NCBI RefSeq assembly: GCF_964355755.1
Contig: NC_092675.1
Coordinates: forward strand, 16,774,912 to 16,838,911
DNA from: Antedon mediterranea
Taxonomy: Eukaryota > Animalia > Echinodermata
Direction of reading: 5' to 3'
DNA: 64,000 nucleotides
Under the pieces are notes generated by a model. That model searched no databases. It had not been told where the DNA came from and saw only the letters and a program-made list of their open reading frames with translations. Position 1 is the stretch's first letter; each line of letters begins with the position of its first letter. Of the stretch, positions 39,226 to 52,369 are shown piece by piece. The position numbers were made by a program, and so were the translations under genes.

Positions 39226-42200
39226 AAGCCTGGTAGCCACTCTTCTCAATAATCTTAAGGTATCGCACCTGAAAAAATTACATTATGTTTAGATTATAAA
39301 AATGCAAAAGAACCTCTATTAAAGGCCAATTTACAAAGATGAGTGGTAACTGTAAGCGGTAACAGTAAGGTGGTCCCATTTACATAGTGCATGCTAAATT
39401 CGCGAGTGGTGTGGTGGAAAATAGGTACGTATAGGTCTGAAGGCTAATGTATATTGTAGGCAGTGCCTAGACGTATTACGATGGTCAGTCCTAAATGTAT
39501 CTTTTCTTAACACTTTTTTTATACAATCAATCAGTCACGTCATATACTGTCAAGCCCAAAATGTATGCATGCCCTCTACTATGGGACTGGTATTGACATC
39601 TTGGCATTGACAGACGCACGTGTTGATAGATGATGTCACATCAATCATGTCGCTGATTGACCAGAATATAATCTGTTTCTATCCTGAGCAGACTTCTGCC
39701 CAACCGTTCGTGTTCTGTGTAAATGGTCCTAAGAAATGACATAGATTCTATATTTTTGTTTTCCGCTTACAGTCACCGTTCGTCTGTGTCAATTGGTATG
39801 TGTTTCCTGAACAGAGATTGGCATCATTTCAAAGGGAGGCTTCTACTGCATTACTTCTCTACCAAATTGTCATTGCACTGAATATTAGGTTTTATTTGTG
39901 AACTCGTAAACGTGGCTGTCAACTAGAGGTTACAAATATTGCACATGACATTAGCAAAAAATGTGGTTATACCAGCAAAATGATAGAAGAATACATACCT
40001 GGATACCTGATGTTGTAAAGTATGGAATCTCAAATTTAACACTAATTGGCGGCCTTCCTTCTGTACTCTCAGACTCTACACTAGGCAAGTTGAAGTGCGC
40101 CCTCATTAAGTACTCCTTTCCACCCTAACAAATTAAATTATGGAGGAGATTAGAACTGATATGATGTTTGTTTAATATACCTTTCACACCTGCATAAATT
40201 GTTACAACTTGTAACCAGGTTTGATCTCCCGATTTATTACACGTTTTCTTACACGAACTGTGAGAAATCTTGGGACAAAGCATAGTTGCACACAATTTGA
40301 TTAATATGATTACAGTTTAATACCAGAAATACCAGAGCAATACATGAAAGCACATTAACAACTCAGGATATCTCGGAACAAAAACACCTTTTAGGATAGT
40401 GAATGACTTTGCTTATCTTTGGAAAATTGACTAAATATAAAAGAAAAGTAAAGACATAGTCGGGGACAAATAAACAAATACTTACAGCAAAGGATTTAAT
40501 ATTCCAAATGATAGCATTACTTTCTGGGACATACTTGGCATATCCGACCGACGTTTTGAATTTGGGTGAGTCAGCATCACTTGGTACTGGAATGATTATC
40601 TCGACATTGTTTGCGGTTGAACGTCGTTTAAATTGAGACTTGGCCTTGATCATGTACTCCACACGGGAATGTGAATGTCTCTCTATTACGGATTCTATCC
40701 ATATCAAAGGTTTTACCTAAAAATAAACATATTTTAAGCTATGTAATGCTCATCAACCTAAATAATGTTCATAAAATAAACAAACATTAACTTGCAATAT
40801 TGTATGTACTGTATGTTCTATATATTAATTGTTAACAAACCTTTTCAGCTTCTGTGCTGCTTTTTGTTTTTAAATACCGTAATAAATAAACAAACAATAC
40901 TGTCATGTTTGACATAAGAAAATATTAAATTGTATTGTACACATACATTCTCTGAGAACCAACACTATATTAACCTTTTTCTTTAGATTTATCATGACAG
41001 ATGGCATGGTTTTTACACAGTACAAGCCATGTAAGGGAACACTTTCTGGACCCAACAAAATGTCCTCTGTATTTTAAAACATATATTGTACCTTGTTCAT
41101 TTCATAGGAAAGTGTCTTCTCCTTAATTTGTATTTTTTGTATTTTGTATTATTATTTGTCCTCAGTGAGGAAATTCGGATTAGGCCCTCCACGGACCCAC
41201 GGCAGCCAGCAGTGCAGCGCCTACCAGATTAGGCAATGAGAGTAAAGCATAGTATGGTACAGATAACCTCGAACCCATGCCTATCACATGCTAGTCCGAT
41301 ATTACCATTACACCATCACTCTCCACTTAATAGGGTTGTGTGTCCACAAACAATAATGATGGTAGTAGTCTTAAATAGCACCTAATTATACAATGTGCGC
41401 TTTACACACAAAAATGATCCATTAAATATCCTAAGATAATCCAAAAATGAAGAAGCAGGGGTTCCACTACTGTAGTCCTTTTTTCTGATAAGAACTAACT
41501 GTCAAATAGATATTTACATGTGTATTGAGTCTATATGACATCAGCTCAAATTCACCATCTGGAGGAATGAATGAAATGGTACGATCATTTTCAAATCTTG
41601 ACAACCTAACACACTGATGAAACTTCACATCTTCTAACTCTACCGATTTTGTCTTGCCTCCTGAGGATGAAATAACACAAGATTATCATTATATTAGTTA
41701 TAAGGGCTAAAATATGTTTATGTTGTCCAAGCCCTACTGACCCAAAGTTTTTTTTTATTGTAAATTTAGCATTAGCATTTATAGTAGAAATTGCATGAAT
41801 GAATTAATATATATAGCGCCCTCACTTTTTCAAATTCATATTTTCCCCAATAGTAGTTTTTAAATAGCTACATATTAATGTCATTAACACAAAATCACAT
41901 AAAAAAATGAATAAAAAATTCCAACTGACTTGGACTAGGAAAGAAACATAACTATCACACTTTTAGTTGAAGTAACGTCACAATTCAGTGATTATGAACA
42001 TAGCTGTTAATGTACACTTACTATTATTTTGTAGTGATAATCAAACTAAAACTATTTGAAAGCATCGACTGAATAAAAGTTGCAAACAAATATACAACTG
42101 TTAAACAAGGCAACAAATGCAGTACTCGTATCAAGCAAAATAATAAGAATAAAAACAACAATTAATTAACAGTAGTATTATGTTTTGGGCTAAAAAAATT

Positions 42201-45200
42201 TAGTAGTTAATAATGTAGATATCATTCAATAAAAAACACCACAAAAACTGTTAGAACATTTGCACATGCATAAATGACAATATGACACATACTAGCTGAA
42301 GGGACATGTTTAAAATTGACTGGAAACTCAGGTTGTTCTAAACCTAGACATAGCAAAGGAGCAATATAAAAGTATAATACAAGTGTCACAAGGATATTAC
42401 TGTACCAGCTATGATGCCACACCAGCAGTTTATTAAGCACAAAACAATGAGAAATTACAAAGGATAACATATACAGTGCTATGAGTTAATGAAGATATAT
42501 ATTTGTTGTGGTCATTTTAATGTCAGAGTGAGTAACTATTCCTAGACAATATGGTACAACACAGGAATGATTGAATATCATAAACAAAAAATAATTGAAA
42601 CGCTGTTTTAATATAATATAAAATAGATTGTAAAGGCAATCAAGGTGTGTTTGAAGAAAACCAATAAAGCAACTTAGGAAGCTGTGATATATTTCACTCC
42701 ATTTTAATACAATAATAAATACAAAATATAATCTAATACTAATTATCATATTCTGTAATATACAAACACATACACAATTTATTATAAAGTTTAAATTTAA
42801 TGTAACATAGTACTTACGACCAGTGGCTTCAAATAGAACTTTGTCATTAAGACCAAGACGCAGCTCAGGCATACCGCTAAGAAATACTCGCATCTTGACA
42901 GCGCCAACAATCTCACTTCGCATTACATTACCAGTTGCACTTACCTATGAAAATCAAAATACATTATACAGTAGTACTCTTGCATAAAATATTTTTTTAA
43001 TGCAATATGAATAAATGTGGGGGAATAATCTGTGTCTTGCAGCTTAACTGTGCTGAATCACACACAGGTGTGAATGATACAAAAACTTTCTTCTCCCCTA
43101 AAGGTGCCTTTGTGTCGAGTTCTGACACCAAACGGTGCTCATTTGTCTGTTCACAACGACAGGGGCTGAATGAACCAGTACACTGGGGCAACTCTTCGGA
43201 AAGAGCCAGAGTATAATCCTACTAAAATATTTAAAATAACAACTTTATTTTACTTTACCAGAAGATTAACAGACTCAACCACATCTAAGAACACTTCGTT
43301 CTTTCTATATTTAACACCTTCATTTCTCCATGACACAGCGTTAGTGACTGCAGCAGGGGGTTTGGGAGCTACTTCTAACTTCTGACCTTCTTGTGTGATA
43401 AATCTATTGTAAAAAACATTTTAAAATTGATCATGTAAAACATTATAAAAATAAATTGAAGGTGATGCAAAGAGTAATAACTTTTTTTTAAATTTGTTTA
43501 TATCATATGCGTCCAACATCTAGCACAAACTCGCCAATTACAGGGTGGATAAACTTCTATAATTTATCCTGCTTATAAACCAAGTCTCATTTGAGGCTTA
43601 GGGAGTGCAGTTACAACCCTGGCACTGGGTCAGGATTAAACCCTGGACCTTGGGATTGGAAGGCAAGCACCTTAACCACCAAGACACAGCTCCACAACAT
43701 GAATATGACTTTGACATATTGAATATGACTTTGAAATATAAAAACTTACTCTTGAAGAATTTTACTATCCGTCGTTTGTGGATACCCAAAATCAATGAGT
43801 TCATCTAAAAGTTCATAAACTAGTACAAAATTATCTCTTATGCTTTCTTCTTCTAATTCCCTAAAATACTCAACAAATACCTGAAATAAAACAGAGAATG
43901 TATGAGAGAGATAACTTTCTGAATGGTTTAGTCTACTAGCGTTTCTACTTTCAACTAGTCATCCATTCATAGAATTAATGATAAAGAAAGTCTATTCCAT
44001 GGATGGTCCGGAGATATGATACCAAACCACAAAATGAAATTAATTTAGTTATTTTTATGGATTATAAATTCTTACCTCAACAATTTTGTGAAGGACAGTG
44101 AAAACTAGAGCAACATTTGCATTTTTTCTTGTTGTTGCAACCACTAATAAACATTTAAGAAAATAACTCAAAGACTAAATCATTGTTCAAACTGGACTTA
44201 AAAAATGATCAATTTAACCAAGGTAACTTTGATTACTGTTGACACTGATTACACACAGTAAGTTTTCCCATGGTTTTACCAAAATGTAACCATTAAAAGC
44301 AATGGTGGACTCGCATATGAAGGTCACGTATTTACCTGAAACTTTTTAGCTGGCGTGGTTTCTTTTACTGAGACCATGGCAAGTTCTACTGGACAGGCAT
44401 TGGTCGGTAAACATTGGACTTGGTTAATTTATACCTGATGGAATTGTAGCCAGTGTTCGGATTGGACTTTTCTGGTCTATTTAGCCAGTGACTCAGTTAA
44501 CTCGACCAAATTAAGTCCAATGTGATCGACTGAATAAATATGTAATAATATTTGAGAAATTGTAGACATTTAAATATTTGTCATCAATATATATCAATCA
44601 ACAAATAACTTCATCAGAGAGCAATAACATTTGAGCATCTGAAACTCATGACGATTACCAAAAAACAGTGATTTAAATGAGCTGATTAAGATTTTGTGAA
44701 TTAAGTAGAAAATGGAAAATATGTGTTAAATTATATTTTATGAATAAACTATGTTGAAGGATACAGTAGACATTATAATGTTTAATATACATAAATGTAT
44801 TTTCTCCATGTTGTATTATGGGCATTAGCTGGCCTTCTTCCTCCATGTCCATTACAAGGGGTAGGAATTTATCAATACATCCCATATCTACATCTCCTCT
44901 GTAATTTCGGGAAATCAGAACCTAAAATTAAATAAATAAAAGTTTTTAATTTAAATTTAACATAAAACTGAGACTTACTTTCTTTAGTAATAGTAATAAG
45001 TTTTTATTCCTAATTAACTTTAAATACTAGGCCTAGCTAGCCTATTATTATTAATAATAATTATAATAGTAAATTAGCCCAGTGTGATTTTTATTTTAGG
45101 CCTAGAATAGATAGGCTATAGGGCCTAATATTAATAATAATAAGGCTCCTATATCCCCTATATAGGCCTATCATCAGTATCTGAGACAGTCTGAGTATTC

Positions 45201-45516
45201 TATAATTAATAATAATGATGCATACAAAAATACATTTTTAACTTAAATTATTAGTTAATCTTTTGATATTTATCGTTTATTTTCAACAAATGCATATGGA
45301 AGATAGGCCTAGGCTATGCTATGGGTATTACACGCCCTCTGTACAACAGCTCAGAGTATCATCGTCGACTCCCGTCTCCTACACCAACCAACATCAGGGT
45401 TTGGGTAGTGGGCCTGGGCTAGCCTAACTATGCCTAGGCCTAGCCGCTGCCTATTAATACGATTAATTACTTACCTTTCCTTTCATATCTAAAAAGAATA
45501 TGGCAGACACAGACAT
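39170..45516 (-). CDS. AP1M1: AP-1 complex subunit mu-1; exons 45516-45475, 44921-44765, 44143-44076, 43880-43750, 43403-43259, 42944-42818, 41660-41518, 40716-40486, 40124-39999, 39268-39170
   Basis: [114 protein letters not shown]. Splice phases are consistent. Confidence 0.97.
41150..41325 (-). mobile_element. Degenerate tRNA-derived SINE
   Basis: A box (TGGTGTAATGG), B-box-like GGTTCGAG, and a 3' GAGGACAAATAATAATA tail. Confidence 0.5.
43600..43695 (-). mobile_element. tRNA-derived SINE head fragment
   Basis: GGAGCTGTGTCTTGGTGGTTAAGGTGCTTGCCTTCCAATCCCAAGGTCCAGGGTTTAATCCTG. Confidence 0.5.
44144..44764 (-). other. U12-type GT-AG intron in AP1M1 (intron 2)
   Basis: 5' GTATCCTTC and branch-like TTTCTTAAAT about 10 nt before the AG. 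Confidence 0.88.
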
Positions 45517-45642
45517 TGTAAAATTTGTTGGTTTTCTACAGAATGTTTAATGAATAAAATAAAAAGAAAACGGAGATTTTTAGAATGGTATTTTCAGATG
45601 ATGTGTACTCTCTGCTGCTCTCTGCCGCCACCATCAATCAAC

Positions 45643-45652
45643 TGCGCATGCG
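45643..45652. promoter_or_regulatory. NRF1/P3A2-type motif in the AP1M1 promoter, which may be bidirectional
   Basis: TGCGCATGCG about 130 bp upstream of the AP1M1 ATG. Confidence 0.55.
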
Positions 45653-45970
45653 TATACGAACAAGAGTGGCTCATGTGTAGCTAGTATTAATAGACGTCGT
45701 ACGACATGCATGGATGATTCGTATTCGTACTTTGTCCTGGATGTTTTCCAACAATTATTGTTTTTTATTTGAGTTTTGCTGTCCTATGATGTGCTTTCGT
45801 TTTGGTTTGTACTGTTTTGTGTCGATGTTATGTTTTATTGGTGTTAGTTAAGTAAATTTTGAACTGATAACGATTGATGATGATATGATATTAGGCCTAC
45901 CTAAATCTAAATTCCAAATAAATAGTAGGCCTAGGCCTAGGCTAGGAAGGAGTAATAAAGACTAAAAAAG

Positions 45971-46825
45971 GGGTGCAGGTCAAGTCGGCCCCAAATCGTC
46001 TCGGCCAAAGTCAAGTCGGCCCCACGTCAAGTCGGCCCCAAGTCAACTCGGCCTCAAGTCAACTCGGCCTTACGTCAACTCGGCCAAAAACTAATCGGTC
46101 AACTCGGCCACAATAAAGTTTGGAACGCAAAAAGTGCTTAATATTATTATGATTCTTACTATCCACGCTTTAAAAAAAATGAAGAAATAAAAAATATAAT
46201 ATAATTAAATAATATATAAAAAAATGAACTCATTGCCGATATGAATAGAAGTACCCACGTGTTATAAAAACATGTGCAGGTACCGCATTTTATTAAATCG
46301 AAGACGGAGGCCTACGTTCCACCATTTGGCCATAGAAAAAATGATCGTACATATCGTTTTTGTCCATGATCAGCGAAAACACGTAGCAGTTGTAGATATC
46401 GAAAAAGCTGCCAAAGGCGCAGGGAGGCGCAGCTACGAATTGTTTTCAATTGTGCAATTTGAAATTTTATTAAACGTAAATAAAGAAAAGTTGGTGAAAT
46501 CATTCCTATTTTTTTTGCTAAATATATTATTGTCTAAATATTAATATTCATTAAAAGTCAGAATTATTCATAGTTAAAAAATTGTGAAGAAATATTATTT
46601 TATCAATCCCCTTCATTTGCACTTTTTGCGTTCCATACTTTCATACTTTAACGGGGCCGAGTTGACCGATTATTTTTTGGCCGAGTTGACGTGAGGCCGA
46701 GTTGACTTGAGGCCGAGTTGACTTGAGGCCGACTTGACTTGGGGCCGACTTGACTTGGGGCCGACTTGACTTGGGGCCGACTTGACTTTGGCCGAGACGG
46801 TTTAGGGCCGACTTGGATCGAAATC
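45971..46825. mobile_element. MULE/Foldback-like MITE, same family as 24643-25353
   Basis: Modular CAAGTCGGCCCC TIR arrays and a 9-bp CTAAAAAAG TSD. Confidence 0.85.
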
Positions 46826-48207
46826 CTAAAAAAGTTTAGTTACTACTTAGTAATTAAAGCCTACTGTAGTAGCCCTACATACTTTTATTTATTTATTCTT
46901 TCATATTAAACAGTACTATAGTATATATACTACTTACTCTATCTAATATACCTCCTGTTCTGATCAAGTCTATCCAACAACAGGATACTGAGTTTCAGAG
47001 ATCAGAGGGTTTATCTGTGGCTGCGACAGGAACAGTTCCACGCCCCTTCCGGCCTTAATAATTAACATATAGCCCTACTGTGCGCCGCGGAGAATATGTA
47101 TAATTGGTATTTGCCACAGCTAGACATAAATCAAAGGACCGTTATGAGTTCCTTTCTTGGCAAGGCGAGCTCAGTCTCCTGTTGTCAGATTGCCTTGGTC
47201 TGATGGTCATAATAATGTATGTGCAGGTCATACAATTAAAGTATATTATATCATTATGCTGACCCTTAATTTGTTTCCAAAAAGTTTCTAAATAAATTTT
47301 ACTAAAACTAATAGCAAAGATTGTATAACGCCTCAACGCGGTGCAAGATAGATAACTGCGCAAGATATTTGTAATCCAATGAATGTCATTTCAGCGGACA
47401 CAATGCATTAAAATTGTCTGGGCAAAATCGTATGTTGTTTTGGTCAAACACCATAACAAGTCAACATAAACAATCAGAAATTGCCCAGATCCGAAAGAAA
47501 CTTTTATTTTGTTTACATAATTTCTTCTCGTATTCATGAACCAAACTTAAAATTGTTAGCTACAAGAACTTTTAGATTTTAAATTGAAGTAGAGGTGCTG
47601 TAACCTTTGTTCATGCAGGTATTTTGTCCGCCCGAATGGCATCCATGAATTTACAGGGGAGCGTAGTGTTATACTGTAGATAGGAGCTTTAGAAACTGTT
47701 ATACATCTTGCTGCATTTAGTGGCGCTATCAATCTTTGGTAATACTATAGTAGAAAATATTTAGTATTTTGGATCTTATTCTAAATAGAATGTTTCATTA
47801 TTCTTAAATCCTAAGTTTCTAAACAATGCATAATCAAGTCAAATGCTATGCTATATTTAAAAATACCTAAAATCTTGAGGAGGCTTGTGGTTAGTCTATG
47901 AATTGTTACTGGTGATGAGAAAAGTTATTTTTAGAAGGTCATACTATAATCATTTATTCATGAAATAAACAATACAAGAATAAGATCGACTTTAATTACA
48001 TTAATTAATGATGATAATAATAGATAGAAACCAATTCTTGTATACACCGTGACCATACACATCATAATTTTGATTGATTGGCCATACTTTATATAACAGA
48101 AATTTTGTTTGTGTAACATGTAATCATAGCACACTTCGTTTTCATTGTTTTTTACAGATATCCCACAATTCAGTTGATGATTGAGAGTATAAAAGTGATT
48201 CATAAAT

Positions 48208-50419
48208 GTGTCATTGAACCACACAGTTTTAACCTGTTTAGTAGCAATATCAGAAGAAGTAATGCAAGTACCAGGCAACCCGTTTCAGAGCTCAGTGCTC
48301 AGATTGTCCAACACCATGCACCACCATTCCAGTACCTCTTGCTCTGCAATGCATTCCCCTGCTGCTGCCAGGAATGGAATGAATCAACTCAAGCGAAGGT
48401 GTCTTGATGATGCAATGGAAGGTGGTGAAACAAAACGCAGAAGCCCACAGAAAAATGCTGCAACAACATATAAAGGTATCTTATGTTTAATGCTTGATCA
48501 TATTCAATTGTCATGAAGTGATAATTCATTCCATTATTAATTTTAATAATTTTTTATTTCAGTACTTGTAACACTTTCAGTATCACAGTATAGCTGATAA
48601 CATACTGTATCTCTATGTTTACAATTACAATAACCTAAACAAGGTATAAACAATACTGTTTATTTGGTTTTTTAAATTGTGGGAAGACAAATTTTTATAT
48701 TGTTCAATGCCTTATTTATTGCAGAATATAACATTTTCCCCCTTATATCAGTGTCATTAATTTGTTATTCAACAAATTTCTTGTGCACTTTATTTGCTAT
48801 TTTAAAAAATTAATCTGTAACTCAAATAAGATGGGGCAATTTCATTGAATTTTATGTAATCATTAAGATAAGATATTTATTATAGTCATAATTTATTCAT
48901 CCATGTGATTATGATATATACAGTATGCTTATATTGATGTTATATGATGATCTTTTGAATATTATAAAAAAAAGGATTCCATACTTTTTAAAACATATTC
49001 TGATTTTGGGAGAGAACTGCATCCATTCCAATCCCTGGGCATAAAAAAAGATAAGAAAAGCTGGAAATATACCCAAACAGCTGGAAATATACCCAAACAG
49101 CTGGAAATATACCCAAACAGCTGGAAATATACCCAAACAGCTGGAAATATACCCAAACAGCTGGAGGACTAGAATAATAAATTGTTACTGGTCTATTCAT
49201 GGTGGTCTGCTTTTCTTATGTCCTAATAATGCAATTAAAGTATTATTATTGTATTTAATATTTTGTAGGAAGTAAGCAATTTTTATTCATCAAAGGAGGT
49301 ACAGATGTGTTCCACTCTGAAGACTTCCTTCCCAGGGGAGAAACACTGTTTGTACCAGTTCAAGAAGACATAATGATTAACCTGATGAATATTGAACAGA
49401 TCAGCCTTAGTAATGAGTGTTTCTTCACAGCAAATGTAAATGGTACATACCAAAGTACACAGCAAGGTAATCAAATTCATGTACAGTTCTCACAAACTAT
49501 ATTTGCCTGCTATATAACTATCACCCTTGCCATCATAATTGTTTGGAAACAAAGTATGAATCTATTGGGGGTGACATCCCACATACCCATACTGTATAAC
49601 TCTCTCTTTTGGGAGATCAGTAGTCATGAGACACTTTCATGTCGAAACTAATATATAGATATATATCTTTTAATGGCTATGAGCACTCACTGGCAAATCT
49701 GGCAAAAACAGGCATTGAAATATATCAAAAAAGGCTTAAAACACCCAATGCCTACAGAGTTGGATGGCCACTTAGGGTTCCTAAACCAGGGCCCTCAGGC
49801 CTCTGCGTTATGCGACTGTTTTAACACTAAGGTCAACGCCTATTCAGGGGGAACACATAATAAGGGCGAATATATTTGGCTCTTAGTGGTCTAGTGTAAT
49901 CCAACAGGTTAATGAATAGTGATTTACTTAGTAATGTGCAGTGAAAAGGTACATATTAAAACACACTAAATTTAAATTCAATTCATTGTATTGATATCCT
50001 GTACTTTGATGTTTACCCATACTGAGCGTATACTATGTATATAGTAAAACGTTTATCAGTATTTTCTATGATCAAGATGTCACTGATGAAGGACTAGGGG
50101 CTAGTGTTGCCCGAAAGCTCTGCTAATTTTTCTGACTTTTTTAATTTATTGTTTTGAATTAGCTTTTGGGTTATTTTATTTTGTATCTCCATTGAGATCC
50201 AGCCACTGATTGTGACCCACAGCATTGTCATTATTTTCAGTAATTTGTATGTATATATATTGTAACATTTGTTTTTTGTATTATTTATTTTTAGGTGATG
50301 CAATTCATCTATGGCGCTATGATTTTAGTAAACGTCAACTCTTTATTTCTCGATCTATCCTGTTTTTACAACCCTCTGTCTTTGCTGAGGTTAAACAAAC
50401 ACTTGAATCGTTGTTATGA
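48208..50419 (+). CDS. Uncharacterized 196-aa protein; exons 48208-48475, 49269-49466, 50295-50419
   Basis: Three GT-AG exons joined in phase 1/1 give an open 591-nt CDS (MSLNHTVLTCLVAISEE...GSKQFLFIKGG...GDAIHLWRYDF...LESLL*). The family is not recognised. Confidence 0.75.
49058..49165. repeat. 20-bp minisatellite, about 5 copies
   Basis: (CAGCTGGAAATATACCCAAA)n. Confidence 0.92.
50080..50250 (+). mobile_element. Penelope 3' repeat fragment with a hammerhead motif (insertion in stem II)
   Basis: CACTGATGAAGGACTAGGGGCTAGTGTTGCCCGAAAGCTCTGC followed by the family tail. Confidence 0.75.
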
Positions 50420-50878
50420 AACTGTTACGCATTATCTGTCCATGGAGGAAATATAGTAGTTGGTCACTTTACAAGCAATTTTCAGAAAAGGTGTGGTGGA
50501 GGAAAAGGAAACTGACACTAATGGTGTAGTGGTGTGATAAAAAGCTTGTATAGGGGTTCACAAACAAAAACGAAGACATTTTAATTTATATTTTTTATAT
50601 GCACATCTGTAGAGCTAGACAATTCGCCAATAATAGGTGTTTATTTTTTATATATGTATACTTACAGATTTCCTCATCTTATCGTTTCAAATTAATTAAT
50701 TCAATTTCAGTATATCACCGGACGGTTTAGAATTAATGTTCTATGCCTAATGTGTGTATATATATACATATATCCAAAGGCAAATTACTGAAAAAAATTA
50801 CAATGCTGTGGCTGGATCTCAATGGAGATACAAAAAAAAAGCGAAAAGCTAAATCAAAATGATAAAGTAAAACAGTTG

Positions 50879-50915
50879 GCAGAGCTTTCGGGCAACACTA
50901 GCCCTTCATCAGTGC
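50879..50915 (-). ncRNA. Intact minimal hammerhead motif in a Penelope 3' repeat (50772-50918)
   Basis: Reverse complement reads GCA-CTGATGA-A-GGGC-tagtgtt-GCCC-GAAAGCTC-TGC; (TA)n lies on both sides. Confidence 0.75.
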
Positions 50916-50927
50916 AAGGGAGCATAC

Positions 50928-50968
<41 letters not shown>

Positions 50969-52369
50969 ACTAAGCCTTTACGATCTTGTTTAATCCTGTA
51001 AATACAAAATCCATTTCACATACATGCTGTTAGTATTCACATTAGGATTGTTTCACAGTTGGATTCAACGCAAGAATATAAGAAAGTTAACCAATCACAA
51101 GTAACAGTTTAGATGATTGATCACGTTGTTGAGTTTAAGTTTTATAATTTTAAGCTTCGTATTTGCATAAACTATTTTTAGTTTGGCTTATACCAGCCAA
51201 AGTGTGGTTCATTTAGTGTGACAAACCATTGACTTTATACAATATATTTATTAGTGTGCTATTCAATTATTTAATTGGTTATTTTGTAAGCCAAACAAAA
51301 CAAACAAAATATTTATGACCATACCTTTTGACAATTTTATCTACCTTGCTTAAATATGTACACTAAATTAATAATTTATTTCAACATTAGTTATTAAGAA
51401 TATTCAAGCTCTGAGTGCGACATCTGGCCTATTCAGCCCTGCTTCATCCGTCATTCTCCCCACAATCTCCTGTCTCATCCGAAGACACTGTTTGTGTATA
51501 TTGTATGCTGTAGTCTTTTTAACCTAGCTGTTAAAAATCGATTAAGTTTTACCCCTTAAGTTCTTAAAAACATTTAGAGTGAATTCTGTTATAGTGGTAT
51601 ATGTCAAGGTGTACTAATTTACATACCAATAATAAGTATATTTTAATATTGATAATAGGTGCTATAAGTGGGTTAAATGAATAATTTCTATAGCCTAACA
51701 TCAGGTAGTAGCATAGATTTCTATTATAAAGTTGCATGTCCCAATGCACCTGAACCCCCTTTGTCCTGACAAAATGTATTTGATTTCCTAAAAGTTAAGT
51801 TTCAAAACAAGTTGGATTTTATATAAACAAATACAGCATAATTTGGTGAACCATCTAATCTCAGAACGAATAGGGATTTGAGAATTATAGTTTTAGTAAA
51901 TAATAATTAGTAAATAGTTTTATGCCTTTATCTATATAACTTTTAATGATAGATGTTAATATAGGATATTTTAAATCAATTACTTTTGCTAAACAATTAA
52001 TTAAAAATTTGTATGCAGGTGTATTTTGTACATTGTCATTGTACTTGTTAATGCTTTTATTATAAAAAAAAAATTATATAATTTGTAATATTGAACAAAA
52101 AGGAATTATTATGAATTCGATATGATGAATATGATAATTATTCACATAATACATTTTCATTTTTCTTCTAAAATAAAAAATAAAATATATCTTAAATATT
52201 TTTGTTCAGTGTGAATTATTTCATTATTATTATTAACATTATACATGCACTACAAAGCTCTGTAGTGATATGATGATGTCATCAATAAAGTTTGATAGAA
52301 TTGATTAAATAAATAATACTGTAGGCCTAGGCCTACAGTATTATTTATTTAACTTCAAATAAATGCTTT

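Noticed and set aside
48476-48485. Possible third U12 donor (GTATCTTATG)
   Set aside because: It lacks the GTATCCT consensus, and the acceptor has an ordinary T-rich tract without a U12 branch motif.
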